From Octopus sinensis (Eukaryota), in assembly GCF_006345805.1 (NCBI RefSeq), contig NC_043004.1, forward strand, positions 4,712,001 through 4,776,000: 64,000 nt of DNA. Direction: 5' to 3'. The notes beneath the pieces are model-generated. The model worked only from the letters and a program-made list of their open reading frames with translations. It ran no database searches and had not been told where the DNA came from. Below are positions 23,831 to 36,771 of the stretch, piece after piece. Position 1 is the stretch's first letter, and every line of letters begins with the position of its first letter. A program made the position numbers and the translations under genes.

Positions 23831-24862
23831 TTATTGTTATTTGGAGAAGGAACTGGGTGGCAGATGGTAGAATTAGTAGGGTGTTGAACTAAATATTTTT
23901 CAAATTTTAATTACTTCTGTCTACATTTTGAGGTCAACACCACTGAAGTTGATTTTTGCCTTTCTTTGTCAGTGTCAGTGGCATTGTCACTGGTGGTGTC
24001 AGTGCTGTTAGCCTTGAAATATCTTCATGTCATGATTTAAAACCATGCATGGATTGGCTTACCTCTTCTTCCTTCTTGGATGAGATGTTCAGTAAATATA
24101 CCCCTCCAGTGTTTGATATATTTTGGAAACTGCTGTGTTTCTAGGAAAGAAGTTGTGTGGTGGGTGCATTAAGTTTCAGATCAGAGATTTTCCTTAAAGT
24201 GTCACTTAAAGACCACCTGAAGACAATTGGGAGACGGAACTTATACAGGGTGAGGGCAGTGAACAAGGTGATGCTTTCTAGCATGCTTTACACACTAGAA
24301 AGCAGTACCTCCCTTTTTGCACATTTTACAAAATGGTAGGTGAAAGCAGCAAGATTGACAAGGCATCATTTGGTTATGCATTTCTAAAAAAGAGGAAAGA
24401 AACTGAGAGAGGGCACTTTTAATAGCTTTGATGTGACATAATAATCTGCAACGTATGTGGAACACATGCCCCTTGCATTAATCCATGTGTCTAAATTGTA
24501 ATTCATTATCTGGATGATGAATGGCAGAATTAGTAGAGCATTAGAAAAATATTCTTAGTAGTATTTATTTATGTTCTCTGTTCAAATCCTGTCTGGGTAG
24601 ATTTTACCTTTTATAAATAAATAAAAGTTATGTAAATGAATGAGTAAAGAATGGTGTAGACTAAGACAAATGAAATCTTAGGTTTACATATATTTACAAC
24701 ATACAGAAAATAGCAGTACTTGGCATTGCACACACATTGCATTGGGTACTTTCAATATCATTGAACACTCTAAAACAAGACGAACTATTGGGTGTATCCC
24801 CAAAACATGCTCTTGCACTAGGCTGCGCAATGAAAGAAAGCAAGAAAGTCTGCTGAAATAAT

Positions 24863-25192
24863 AACAAGAATAAGAACAGCACTCAGAGAGCACAAACCTC
24901 TGTGAAGGCAAGATCAACGTCCTCTCAACGATTAGCCAGATATTTTAAATGAGAATACTAAAAATGAATCCGATCACTCTCAGAAATTAAGTAAAAAAAC
25001 AGGGAAAATAATCCAGAATCCTTGTCCGGTACTGGATCGATCCCACAATCTAATCAGTTCATGCCAGTTACAAGGTCGAACATCCCTGAAAGTTTCATCC
25101 GAATCCATCCAGCAGTTCTTGAGATATCTTGTCCATGGGCAAACAAATATGACTGAAAACAATACCTCCACCTTCACTAAGGCAGAGGTAAT
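24863..25192. mobile_element. Helentron-associated (HINE-like) non-autonomous element
   Basis: AACAAG.. start, 5' sub-terminal ACCTCTG, 3' hairpin ACCTCCACCTT-cact-AAGGCAGAGGT (25164-25189) whose right arm complements the 5' motif. Confidence 0.5.
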
Positions 25193-25194
25193 AA

Positions 25195-25915
25195 TAATAT
25201 CTTTTCTTCTATAGGCACAAAGCCAGCAATTTTCCGTGGGCATTGACTAGTCAGTTACATCAGCCCCACTGCTCAACTAATACTTATCGATTCTGAAAAG
25301 CAAAGTCAACTTTGGTAGAATTTGACTTCAGAATGTAAAACCTGAAGAAATGCTGCTAAGCATTTTGTCTGATGGAGTAATAATTCTGCCAGCTCACCAC
25401 CTTAATAGTAATAATAATCCTTTCTATTACAGGCACAAGACCTGAAATTTGGTGGTGGTGGTGGGGGGACCAGTCAATTAGATTGACTCAGTACTCAACT
25501 GGTACTTAATTTATTGACCCCCGAAAGAATGAAAGGCAAAATTGACCTTAGCGGAATTTGAACTCAGAATGTAGCAGCAGATGGAATACTGCTAAGCATT
25601 TTGCCCGGCATGCTAAGAATTCTGCCAGCTCACTATCTTAATAATAATAATAATAATTTCCAACATAGTCCCATGGCCAATAATAACAACAGTAATATTT
25701 GTTTCTAATTTAGGCATAAGGCCAGCAAGTTTGATTGGACTAGGTTAGTTGATTACATCAGCCCTAGAACTTGACTGGTGCCTTATTTTATTAACTCTGA
25801 AAGAATGAAAGGTAAAGTTGACCTGGATGAGATTTGAGCTCAGAATGTAGCACTTGTACTTCTGCAAGGCATTGTCAAATGCTCTAGCAATTTTGCTAAT
25901 CCACCACCCTAATAA
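25195..25915 (-). mobile_element. Three head-to-tail family C SINEs
   Basis: Three repeats of GAAAGGCAAA(G/A)TTGACC..GAATTTGAACTCAGAATG..CTGCCAGCTC separated by (AAT)n tracts. Confidence 0.8.
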
Positions 25916-27424
25916 TAATAGATATAATAAAAATGTGTATATTTGAAATAGATGACATTTTTCAGCCTATCCTCTATAGTAAAAAGTAGCAGCAGTACAA
26001 CAACAAACACTAACCTAGTTTTGTTAATGATAGCTGTGAATATAGGGAAGAAAATTGTTAACTTGCTACACATAGATGTTGATTATACTTTAGATTAACC
26101 TTACTTAACAAAAGGTGTAACTCCAGCCAATGTAATCTTTATTACAGTGATGGTTCCTCACACTAGGATTCTCTTATCTGATTGTGGTCCTTCTTGTGAA
26201 AAAAAGAATTTGGGAGTAAAAGGGCTTGATTGATTAATAAAGGCAATATGAATTATAACAGCTAAAGAGGAGGACAAGGAGGAAGAGCAAGGCTAGTGGT
26301 TGTGGTGATGAGTGTATGTTACAGAAATTGAAATCAAGAGCTGTTTTATTTTCCCCATTTTCTTCACTTTGTATTTAATTTTTTTAAATCTTTTTTTTTG
26401 TAATCTGATGTCTGTCTAAGTGGTAATTGTGGTGAGTCCTTGAAAAACTTAATGGGTTGCAAATTTCAATCTTGGTCTATGAGTTTTCTGTCTCCATTGT
26501 TTCTCCAACACACTCTGTTTCACTTACACTTGTTTTTGTTCAGTCCATGGTCAACCTTAGTTAAGCAGTCCTTCTTGTTTCCCAGCCGTTATTGTCCCTT
26601 TTTGTTTCATGAATTCTGTACTGAGTGCTCCAAATAGCCAATATGTCCTAACTTTTTTCAGATGAATTGTGATTTGAGGGAGATTTATTATTGTTGATTA
26701 CATATAAAAATTGTTTTGCTGGCTTTTCTACTTTCACTATTATTACTGCTTAGTTCCAGGCTTGGCCTGTTTGAACAGACTTATGATCAGAAATATTCCA
26801 GCCTTGACCATCACCTCTGCCTTCTAAGTTCAGATCCTTTTGCCTTCTAAGTTCAGATTTTGCTACAGTTGAACAAATCAACCTCAATACGTTTTTTTAC
26901 AGCCTAGTACTTCTTCTGTCAGACTCTTTTACCAAACCGTTCAGTCATGGGAACATAAATAAACCAACATACTCCTATATAAATATATATATATGTACAT
27001 GATGGGCTTCTTTTAGTTTCCATCTACCAAATCTAAAGGTTTTGATTGACCCACTGTTATAGTAGAAGACACTTCACCAAGGTGCTATACAGTGGGATTG
27101 AACCTAGCACCATGTGGTTAAGAAGCAAAATTCTTACCACACATCCACATCTGTGCCTATGGATTACATCACATTGTGTTCTGATTTTGAATCCATTAAG
27201 AATCAGTTTCGCCACAATTACTTCTGAGGTACGTTGATTAATTTCCAGTCTGAAACTGAACTCAACTTAATCAGATATCTCCCACTCCTACAAAAAAAAA
27301 AAATTCTTCATTATTATGTATTTGCCAAGTGATTCTATTATTACTTCATAGAGTGTACTTGAGGGATAAGTCATTTTTCTGTCCTTGATTTTAATTTTTT
27401 GGGAGAAAATTTCTGTCAATATAA

Positions 27425-27640
27425 AGGCAGCAAGCTGGTAGAATCGTTAGCATGCTTAGCAAAATGCTTAATGGTATTTTATCTTTTTATGTTCTGAGTT
27501 CAGATTGTACTGAAATCAACTTTGCCTTTTATTCTTTTGGGGGTGATGAAATAAGTACCAGTTGAGCACAGGAGTCCACTATAATTGACTTACCCCCTCT
27601 CCCAAATTTGCTGGCCTTGTGCCAAAATTTGAAATCAATA
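27425..27640 (+). mobile_element. SINE family C
   Basis: AAGCTGGTAGAATCGTTAGC head; GCCTTTTATTCTTTTGGGGGTGATGAAATAAGTACCAG core. Confidence 0.75.
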
Positions 27641-27665
27641 TAAAAAACTGTAATTTGCTTTAAAT

Positions 27666-27957
27666 CAGTGGTTCCCAAAGTGGGTAGTATTACCCCCTTG
27701 TGGTGGTGGAAAGTTCCAAGGGGGCATTGAAGAAAATTGGGGTGATAATGGGGTAGTCAAAAGGTGCGATTCATGTAAAAAAAAAAGGGGGGGCAATTCA
27801 TAAAAAAAAAGGGGCGATTCATTAGGTTAAGTCTTATTTGCTTTGAATTTGCTTCAGAAAGAGGTCTATATTTATGATGGTTAGTTGGGGTGGGGGTTTT
27901 AGGAATATGGCCTGGGTGTCAAGGGGGCAGCAGCCTGAAGTAGTTTGGGAACCACTG
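27666..27957. mobile_element. hAT (Charlie-like) MITE
   Basis: Perfect 14-bp TIR CAGTGGTTCCCAAA / TTTGGGAACCACTG; 8-bp TSD CTTTAAAT / CTTTGAAT; three internal A-rich GGGGCGATTCAT-type repeats. Confidence 0.85.
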
Positions 27958-28298
27958 CTTTGAATAAATTCTGAATACTTTGAATTTTTGATTTATTCCT
28001 TATTTATGATTTTTAGAATTGTAAAGGTTTTTCTTTTCAATTATTGTAGTAGACTCATTCAGATAACTCGGTGCCTTAGTGGACATCCAGTGTTGAGACA
28101 CGTGTTTTTATTGAACACTATGTATCTCATATGGCTTCAAGACAGTTTTCAGATGACCCTATTGAAGAAGCTGTAAATAGGCACTGCAGAGTGGGAACAA
28201 CTCACCATTTTAGGTGGTAGCAACAGACATTGAACTTTTAATAAATATATTTAAATATGTCATCATTACTATATATATGAACTACTTTTTTAACAGAC

Positions 28299-28347
<49 letters not shown>

Positions 28348-28934
28348 CTAAGCACACCCACCCAAACACACATACACACTTGCATGCATGCGCAAAATCA
28401 CCAAAATCATTTGACATTTACTTTTTACCATGCTCACACATTGTTTATAAGAATCTATCTCGCCACAGCAGACAGCAGCCATATTAACATAGAGAAGTGA
28501 ACATTATGTTCACTAGAGCATGTGTAATTGCTACAGATAGTAGTTTATTTTCATTTCTTTACATTTTAATTCATCAGATGATATATTTCTCATAGCCCCA
28601 GTTGCTATAAATGACAATTTTTTTTTTCCAACCCTGAACAGCTGTTGGTTGGCTCCATTCAGGACATTCACAATTGGGGAAAGGTGCACGTCAACCCCCA
28701 ACTGTAGACATACATTTTCTGGACTGTATTACCCCACCTGCCCACCAAAAAAAGATAAAACAGCCCTCTTTTTTTTTCTTTTTCTTAACATGTTAAGCAA
28801 CCATTTCAGTCACCAACTCTTTCTGAGCATTGACCCATTTTCATGCTGATTCTTATATCATTAGTACTTAATGCTATCAAACAGCACAGTGTTATGAATA
28901 TAAATGATTACAAGCCTAGTGGGTAGTAAGAGTG

Positions 28935-29130
28935 CTCTATGTGGTCTCTTGACCTGCTAGAAATAGCCACCAAATCTCTCCAGATCACAACTTAAACATC
29001 TTATAAAAAGAACATGTTGGATAATGTGTTCTTGGGTTCTCTGCTCATTGGAAAAAAGCTCAATACTCACAACTGGAATCTCTTTCACCATAGGTTTGCA
29101 CTATCAGAGCTAACCTTGAGCTGATCAACA
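28935..29130 (+). mobile_element. Dispersed repeat family G (probable SINE)
   Basis: CTATGTGGTCTCTTGACCTGCTAGAAATAGCCACCAAATCTC..CTGGAATC..CTAACCTTGAGCT. Other copies near 30700-30860(-), 39075-39250, 41460-41660, 45835-45960(-), 51820-52790, 56960-57185 and 63560-63990. Confidence 0.6.
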
Positions 29131-29655
29131 AAAAGAAGATATGATTATCTGGATAGGATAGGATTGGATTGGATATCAAGTCTCTAAGACTTCAAGCTAA
29201 ATACTAGAAGGATATTCTAGACTTGGGCTCTTCACATCATCATCATCATCATCATCATTTCTATGCTGTCATGGGTTGGCTGGTTTGACAGAGCTATGCC
29301 AGGCTTCATTGTCTGTTCTGGCATGGTTTCTATGACTAGATGTCCTTCCTAATCCACTTTACACAGTGTACAGGATGCTCTCTATGGGGCACCAGCACCA
29401 GTACTTTTAACATGGCACCATCACGTTTATTATATATTGTCAAAGGGTTGTGGGAAGTAGTAGAATTGATAAAGTGAGGGATTAAATACCTTGTATTTAG
29501 TTATGTCCCTTTACCTTCTGAATTGAAATCCATCCCACTAGATCCATTTTGCCTTTTGTTCTTCTGAGATCAATAAAATAAGTATCAACCAAGTACTGTG
29601 CCCAACATAACCAGTACCAAGCCCTGACAAAATTATGGCTTTGTACCTTATTATA

Positions 29656-29889
29656 GAGGGTGGCCCAAAAGTAGGTTTACAGTTATTCAACTATCTTTTT
29701 CACATTCATATATTAATAGTTTAGGTCTTAATTATAAAAAGATATGAAACCATTATTCTATGTTAATTTAGTCAATTTTGTCAAGCTCCTTTTCAGTTTG
29801 TAAGATTGAAATTTAAATGTAATAAAATGTTTTAAAAAAAATTTAAAGTGCCTATGTGATAACTGTAAACCTACTTTTGGGCCACCCTG
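29656..29889. mobile_element. Tc1/mariner-type MITE
   Basis: 31-bp TIR (G/C)AGGGTGGCCCAAAAGTAGGTTTACAGTTAT with 30/31 match, flanked by TA on both sides. Confidence 0.9.
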
Positions 29890-30416
29890 TATATTTTAAA
29901 ACAGAACGGTAAGTTAAACACTGAAACTATTGAACAGTTTGTTTTGATAGTTTCACTGTTTAGTTTTCTTTTGGTAAATTGGAACTTCATTTGGCACTTC
30001 ACCTATAGACAATTACTAAAGCATGGTGTTGGAAAATTGTGCTATGTCTATAAACTTAAATTTTAGCTTTTTTTTTTTTTTACAGATGATAACAATGGTA
30101 TTCCTTTCACAAGCATCACTGGGCTATGCTCAACGTTTTCCCCTTTATCATTAAATGTTAAGTTATTGAGAGATAGATGTTCCAAAGTATAGGATGCTTG
30201 TTAACCTTTTCTCCAGGTAAAGTGTAAGACAGTAGTGCAAATAAAAACAGTTGTAGATTCTACCTTTCTGTCGTAGCTACTGAATGAATTTGGCTGTTTA
30301 CAAGTTAAGCATTTGGTCATTGACCCAGTAGAATATCAAGTGTCATGATGCAGTCACTGGAAATTTGGTCATTTTTTTTGTTAACTGGCCTGGTCATTTG
30401 TGTTTTTTTTTTACAG

Positions 30417-30439
30417 ATGATTTAAGCCAAAATATTGCA
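30417..30439 (+). other. Candidate 23-nt microexon, phase 1 reading (D)DLSQNIA
   Basis: TGTTTTTTTTTTACAG acceptor and GTAAGT donor at 30440. Confidence 0.3.
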
Positions 30440-31214
30440 GTAAGTGTCTAGCAAAAGGTTAGGTCATTAAAATGCTTTTATGTTTTAAAATTTAGGTCAA
30501 CTGTCTTCTCTCTTTGAGAGAGCTCATAGTTTTGTTTGTATTGGCAGAGGAGTGCAAACTTTTTCAGCAACGTCAACAACAACATCAATTGGTACTATCA
30601 AATATAAATAAATTTTAAGTTTCGTCCTCTTTTTATTTCTAATTTTATATATTTTTTCTATCTTGATAAAGTTCGATGTCACTTATGATCTAATCAGACC
30701 TATTATCAAATTGTTGTTTGTGCATCCCATGTTGTTTTTTTTTTTAAGATGTAGTGTATTTAAGACCATATTGACCAATGTGTTCTTCTGTAGGTAGGGT
30801 ATGATTTATGGAAGATGTGGCTGCTATTGCTGGCAGGTCAAGAAACCATGTAGAGACTCTTGTCAATTTACTATAAAGTAAGTTTGATCACAATCACAAA
30901 GTGTTGTTACTTTACTGAAGTTGGAAAACCAGTAAAAATACCAGCATAGCAGAATTAAAACTGAATTCCTTAAGTGTTTTTTTCATTTCTGGCATTGATA
31001 GAGTCTCTGGAATATGGCCTCTCTTAAGTATCTGGATAATATTTCTTCAACCATTGAAATATGTTGGCAAACTATATTATATGTATATGTTCTGTAGTAT
31101 ATAGACTTGAGATTATTTATATTCAGTTTGTGTAATAAGATCTTAATCCCATACTGGATTTTATACAGTTCAGATGTTATTGCGGTCACTGTATCCTTCA
31201 ATGATGAATGAATC

Positions 31215-31322
31215 ACTGTGTGTGGGTGGGAGTGTGTATGTGCATGTATGTTGTATGTATGTATGTATATATGTATGTATGAGTATGTGTGTGTGCATAT
31301 ATATGTGTGTGTGTATGATTAT

Positions 31323-31353
<31 letters not shown>

Positions 31354-31410
31354 TATATGTGTGTATGTATAAATGTATTTATGTGCATATGTGTGTGTGC
31401 TTGCATGTGT
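31215..31410. repeat. Compound (TG)/(TATG)/(CA) microsatellite field
   Basis: Mixed dinucleotide and tetranucleotide runs; source of several spurious ORFs. Confidence 0.9.
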
Positions 31411-32113
31411 GTTTATAAAATGTATATATTCATTCACAATCTGTGTCTGTTTGTATAAAGACAAACACATTTGTAGAATTTTCCTCCCTCAGTGATTCAA
31501 TTGGTAATATTTATGCCATTCCTAAAGACAGTAGAAAAATTTAAGTAAACCAGCACAGGCGGGCATTTAAAAATTGGTTCAGACCTTGTCTAATCTCTCT
31601 CTCTCCCACACATGCTTACACATTCAGGTCATTTTATGCCAATGTTTATTTTAATAGCAAAGTATTGGGAGTGTTCAATATATATCTAGATTGAAAATAT
31701 GTGCGTGCTTGCACATGCGTGCTGTAAGTTCATGCATATACTGAGCTAGATTAATATATACACACATAAAGACCTTTTGAAGTTAGGCCAAATTTTCACA
31801 CTGGCTTTTCTGGAATCAGTGACATGTTATTTGTGTAGAGGCCCTTCATAATTAATTATTCAATATTTAGAACTCCAGGGTCCCATAAAACCAAACTAGA
31901 GCTTTTCTGTCTTTAATTTCCTTTTTTTTTTCCTTTTTTCTTCTCTCCCCCGCTTCAAACAGTGTATGAAGAATTTCAATTCTGTAGTCTGCTAGTTATA
32001 AAACAGCAGTACCATATATGGGCATTTCCGTGTATGCAAGGCTATCTTCAATAATAATGATTTCAAACACTATATTTTCATATTATTATTATTATTACTA
32101 TTATTATTATTAT

Positions 32114-32339
32114 AATGGTGGTCAACTGGTAGAAACGTTAGCGCTTCAGACAAAGTGCTTAGTGGCAGTTCTTCTGATTTCCCATGTTGCTGAAGTCGAC
32201 TCTATCTTTCATTCTTTCAGGGTCAATGAAATAAGTACCAGTTATGCACTGGTGTTGATGTAATCGACTAGCCCCTCTCCTCCCATTTCAGGCCTTATGC
32301 CTATAGTAGAAAGGATTATTACTATTATTATTTTTTTTA

Positions 32340-32386
<47 letters not shown>

Positions 32387-33238
32387 GTTGTTGTTGCTGC
32401 TGCTGTGTTTTGTATGAGTTGTTCCAAGTGCCACCCAGAGACCTCAAGTAATAGCAAGCTGGTTGCTTTGCTATGGATATTATTTATGAGTAGCAATGAT
32501 ATATTGCAAGAAAAAGGAGGCCAATACTGAGAATTAAAATTTCATAATAATAATAATGAGCTGCACTCGGTAGTGCAGTGAAAGTATGTGATAAAAATAA
32601 GACTACTGAATAATAATAATAATAATAAATAATAATAATAATGATAATGATAATATTATTATCAGTCAAGTACCAAAGTTATTATCAACTATACCCCACT
32701 ACAAATTTCTGGCCTTGTGCCTATGTTAGGAATTATTTTTATTAGTGTTTTGTTGTTGTTACTATCATCAATCATTATTATTACTTAGCATACGAGCAAA
32801 ATGCTTAATAGCATTTCATCTGTCGTAACATTCTGAGTTCAAATTCTGCTGAGTTGGACTTTTCCTTTCATCCTTTCAGGGTCGATAAAATAAGTACCAT
32901 TTGAGTGCTGGGGTCAATGTAAACAACTGGCATTGATGTAATTGACCCCTGCCCTTGAAATTGCTAGCCTTGTACCAAAATTTCAAACCATTATTATTAT
33001 TACGAAGGTGGAGAACTGGCAGGATTGTTAGTGTCTTCCACCAAATGCCTAGCAGCATTTCTCCCATCTCTTTACATTCTGAGTTCAAATTCCGCCAATG
33101 TCAACTTTGCCTTTTATCCTTCTTGGGTTGATAAAAAAAATAAGTATCCGTTGAGCATTGGGCTCGATGTGATCATCTAGCCTCCTTCCACAAATTTCAG
33201 GCCTTGTGCCTAATGAAAAGAATTATTATTATTATCAT
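32114..33238 (+). mobile_element. Tandem pile-up of about four family C SINEs with (ATT)n/(AAT)n tracts
   Basis: Copies at about 32114-32400, 32665-32725 (partial), 32785-33002 and 33003-33238, each ending in ATT repeats. Confidence 0.8.
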
Positions 33239-33241
33239 CAT

Positions 33242-33435
33242 AGGCACAGGAGTGGCTGTGTGGTAAGTAGCTTGCTTACGAACCACATGGTTCCGGCTTC
33301 AGTCCCACTGCATGACACCTTGGGCAAGTGTCTTCTACTATAGCCTTGGGCCGAACAAAGCCTTGTGAGTGGATTTGGTAGACGGAAACTGAAAGAAGCC
33401 TGTCGTATATGTGTGTGTGTGTGTGTATATATATG

Positions 33436-33481
<46 letters not shown>

Positions 33482-33687
33482 CATTTGTGTGTCTGTGTTT
33501 GTCTCCCCAACATCGCTTGACAACCGATGCTGGTGTGTTTACATCCCCGTAACTTAGCGGTTCGGCAAAAGAGACCAATAGAATAAGTACTAGGCTTACA
33601 AAGAACAAGTCCTGGGGTCGATTTGCTTGACTAAAGTTGGTGCTCCAGCATGGCCACAGTCAAAATGACTGAAACAAGTAAAAGAGT
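33242..33687 (+). mobile_element. SINE family A, young full-length copy
   Basis: AGGCACAGGAGTGGCTGTGTGG head, hinge microsatellite, tail-1; sits directly after a family C tail. Confidence 0.9.
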
Positions 33688-34064
33688 ATCATCATTGTCA
33701 TATTTCTGCATACCTTTATATTTCTCATTTCAAGTCCTGTTGGGTTTTACATTACCTTTCATCCTTTTGAAGTTGATAAAATAACGCACCTGTGCAGCTC
33801 TGGAATTGATAGTACTTACTATCCTACTTCAATCATTACTACTTATTGGGTAGTGAGGGTTCATTCAATTTGTCTAGGCTCTGAACCTATAAATTTTGGG
33901 TGCTATATGAACAAAGAAACTATATTTATTTCATGGAATCTCTGCTTCTCTGCATTTCATGGAATAGCACCTGGTATTGTTAATGTTAGCTTTGAGAGCC
34001 ATCCTTCACTTGACCAGTGCCTTGTGAGTGGATTGTTATCCTCAGTGTGTGTGTATATGTTATC

Positions 34065-34812
34065 CTCATCGTTATCATGTTGTCCATGCTGCAATGGTTT
34101 GGATGGTTTGACCAGGGCTGGCAAGCTGGAAAGCTACACCAGACTCCAGTCTGATTTGGCAGGATTTCTCTGGCTGGGTGCCCTCCCTAATGTCAGCTAC
34201 TCCACGAGTGTAATGGGTGCCATTTGCATGACACCAACATCTACCATGATTGATTTTGCTTGGCTTGATGGGTCTTCTTCTCAAGCACAACAGCTCAATG
34301 CTCAAAAGGTGCTTTTTACATGCCACTGGCATGAGTACCAGTTATGTGACACCAGCATCAGCCATGACTATGATTTCACTTGGCTTGAGGGGGGTTTTCT
34401 CAAGCACAGCATATGCCAAAGGTCTCAGTCACTAGTCATTGCCTCTGTGAAGCCCAAAATTTGAAGATCATGCTTTACCACTTTGTCCCATGTCTTCCTA
34501 GGTCAATCTCTGTCACAAGTTCCCTCCACAATTAGAGATTGGCACTTCTTTACACAGCTGTTGTATATCATCATCGTTCAACGTCCACTTTCCATTCTGG
34601 CATGGGTTGGACGGTTTGACCGAGGACTGGCAAGCCAGTAGGCTACACCAGGCTCCAATCTGATGTAGCAGGGTTTCTACAGCTGGATGCCCTTCCTAAC
34701 GCCAACCTCTCCAGGAGTGTAGCGGGTGCTTTTTATGTGCCACTGGCATGGGAACCAGTTGTGGGGCACTGGCACTGACTACATTTGGATGGTACTTTTT
34801 ACGTGCCACCAG
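34065..34812 (-). mobile_element. Two family D SINEs with internal subrepeats
   Basis: CATGGGTTGGACGGTTTGAC..GATGCCCTTCCTAACGCCAAC blocks occur twice (about 34065-34460 and 34565-34812). Confidence 0.75.
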
Positions 34813-35359
34813 ATTAGTGTATATATGAGTTTGTGTGTATGTGTGTGTACATGTTTGTCCCCCCACCACCACTTGACAACCAGTGTTGGTGTGTTTATGT
34901 CTCTGTAACTCTAAGCCATTTGAGTACCAGGTTTGTTAAAAGAAAAAAATAAGTACTGGGGTTGATTCTTTTGATTAAAAATTCTTCAAGGCGGTGCCCC
35001 AGCATGACCGCAGTGTAATGCTTGAAACAAGTAAAAGATAGAGGATATCTACCTCTCACATGGCAAATTTGTTTATTTGCTGGTTTTATTAGTATTTTTT
35101 TTTTGTTTTTTTTTGGTGGGGAGGATGTTGTGGCTTGATTCATTTTTGTGCTCATTTGATAAAATAAAATCAGGAAAAAAATTTTTTAAATTAGAACTGC
35201 AAACAAAATATTCTTACTTCTGCTTAATTCTTTTAAGAGTTGTGTCTTGCTAAAACTCAAGAGAATTTCTCCAAATATTTTCTGAGTTTTTCCAACAAAT
35301 TTCTAAGGACTGATATCAGAAAAAAAATAACAAATAATAATAATGATGATTTCTTTGAA

Positions 35360-35407
<48 letters not shown>

Positions 35408-36771
35408 GCAGTAGTAAAAGCAAACTGATATTTGGCTTCAGTTGCTGTTTATTTTAAACTAATCTAGAACTACTTTTTTCTTTTGATGAATTCCTCTGCC
35501 AATTTTAAATAAACAGTTTATTTCGACATCGACCTCTACAGTGCTTTAAGCTCTCTGAGATTCACTTGTAGAAGTTCACCATTGTAATATGTCCATTTAG
35601 GAAGTGAGGTGCTCGCTGACTCAGGGTTATCTCCTACCATTTACAGTTTCTTCTTATTAAAACAAATATGCCATTAGCATTCTTGTCCTTTTCTGAGCCC
35701 TTCATATTCTTATCGCCTCCACTGACCCATGTGACTTGCTGAAAAGTTCAAGAGTGAAATGTGCTTCCCAGTTTGAGGTTTCAGGAATATTGAAGTTTTA
35801 TTTATTTCCCTCCTCTTCCCCACACCTCTCTCTGCCTCAGTGCTGCACTCATCTGACCTTCAAATTCTAATTACACTTGCTCATGAGGTTATTTCTGCTA
35901 TAATTCAGTTGTTTGTTTTTTATTATTATTTTTTTTTTCACTTCTGTTTTCTTCCACCAACTCATTTATATCTAGTTCTGATAAAAAGAGAATGTCATTA
36001 AAAAATATTTAAACATCTGTCTTTGGAATTTTAATGATAAATAATGATATCTCTCTGAGGCAAAATGCCAATTTTTGTAAAGTGGGGAGGAGGAGCACAG
36101 TTGATTGAATGTGATTGTTTTTCTCTTTCCTTCTCTCTCCATGTCTTACTGGTACTTTCTTCTTCAGTTTTTATGGGAAGAAGAACTAAAATTATGCCGG
36201 TATCAACTGAACATATTTAAAGATAAATAATAGTGGTTTATTACGTAGGCTGGAAGAAGATTGGGAAGACTGTGATATTTATGTCCTTCCCAGGAGCATT
36301 AACAAATTAAATGACGTCAAATGATTCAGACCAGAATTAGAACAGGATTGTGAACTTTGCTTACTTGAAGCTGTTTATGAAATTTGCTTGCCCGACTTTG
36401 CCTTTACTGTGTAAGAATCACCTTAATGGCCTCGGATTTACAAGGATTGCAAATTTGAATAAATTTGAATGCCACCACAGGGTAAAAGCAAATTTTAATG
36501 TTTCAAGCAAAGAATTTCAAAATGGTTCCGAGAACTGTTATTATTTATACTGAAAACTTCCAAAAAACAGATATCTATCTATTATTTTTTGTCTTCTATC
36601 TTTTACTCATTTCAGTCATTGGATTGCGACTAGTTTGGGGTTCCACCTCGAAGGGTTTTAGCTGGATTAATTGACCCCAATACTTAATGTTTTTTTGTTT
36701 GTTTTTTTTTGTGTGATACCTATTTACTTTTTTTTTCCACCAAACCACTAAGTTACAACAATGGTTGTTAA

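Noticed and set aside
28642-28683. Possible 42-nt exon LLVGSIQDIHNWGK
   Set aside because: The acceptor is acceptable but the donor GTGCAC is poor, and there is no other support.
31170-31470. Multiple His/Thr- or Val/Cys-rich ORFs here and at 2784, 9655, 20953, 33238, 50850 and 57744
   Set aside because: They are translations of (CA)n, (TG)n and (TA)n microsatellites and SINE bodies.
33853-34464. Longest ORF in the track (203 aa)
   Set aside because: It runs through decayed family C and D SINE sequence and internal subrepeats, with no domain and no splice support.
35515-35545. Minus-strand CTGTAGA-GGTCGATGTC-GAAATAA hammerhead-like string
   Set aside because: Core mismatch, poor helix II and no helix I.
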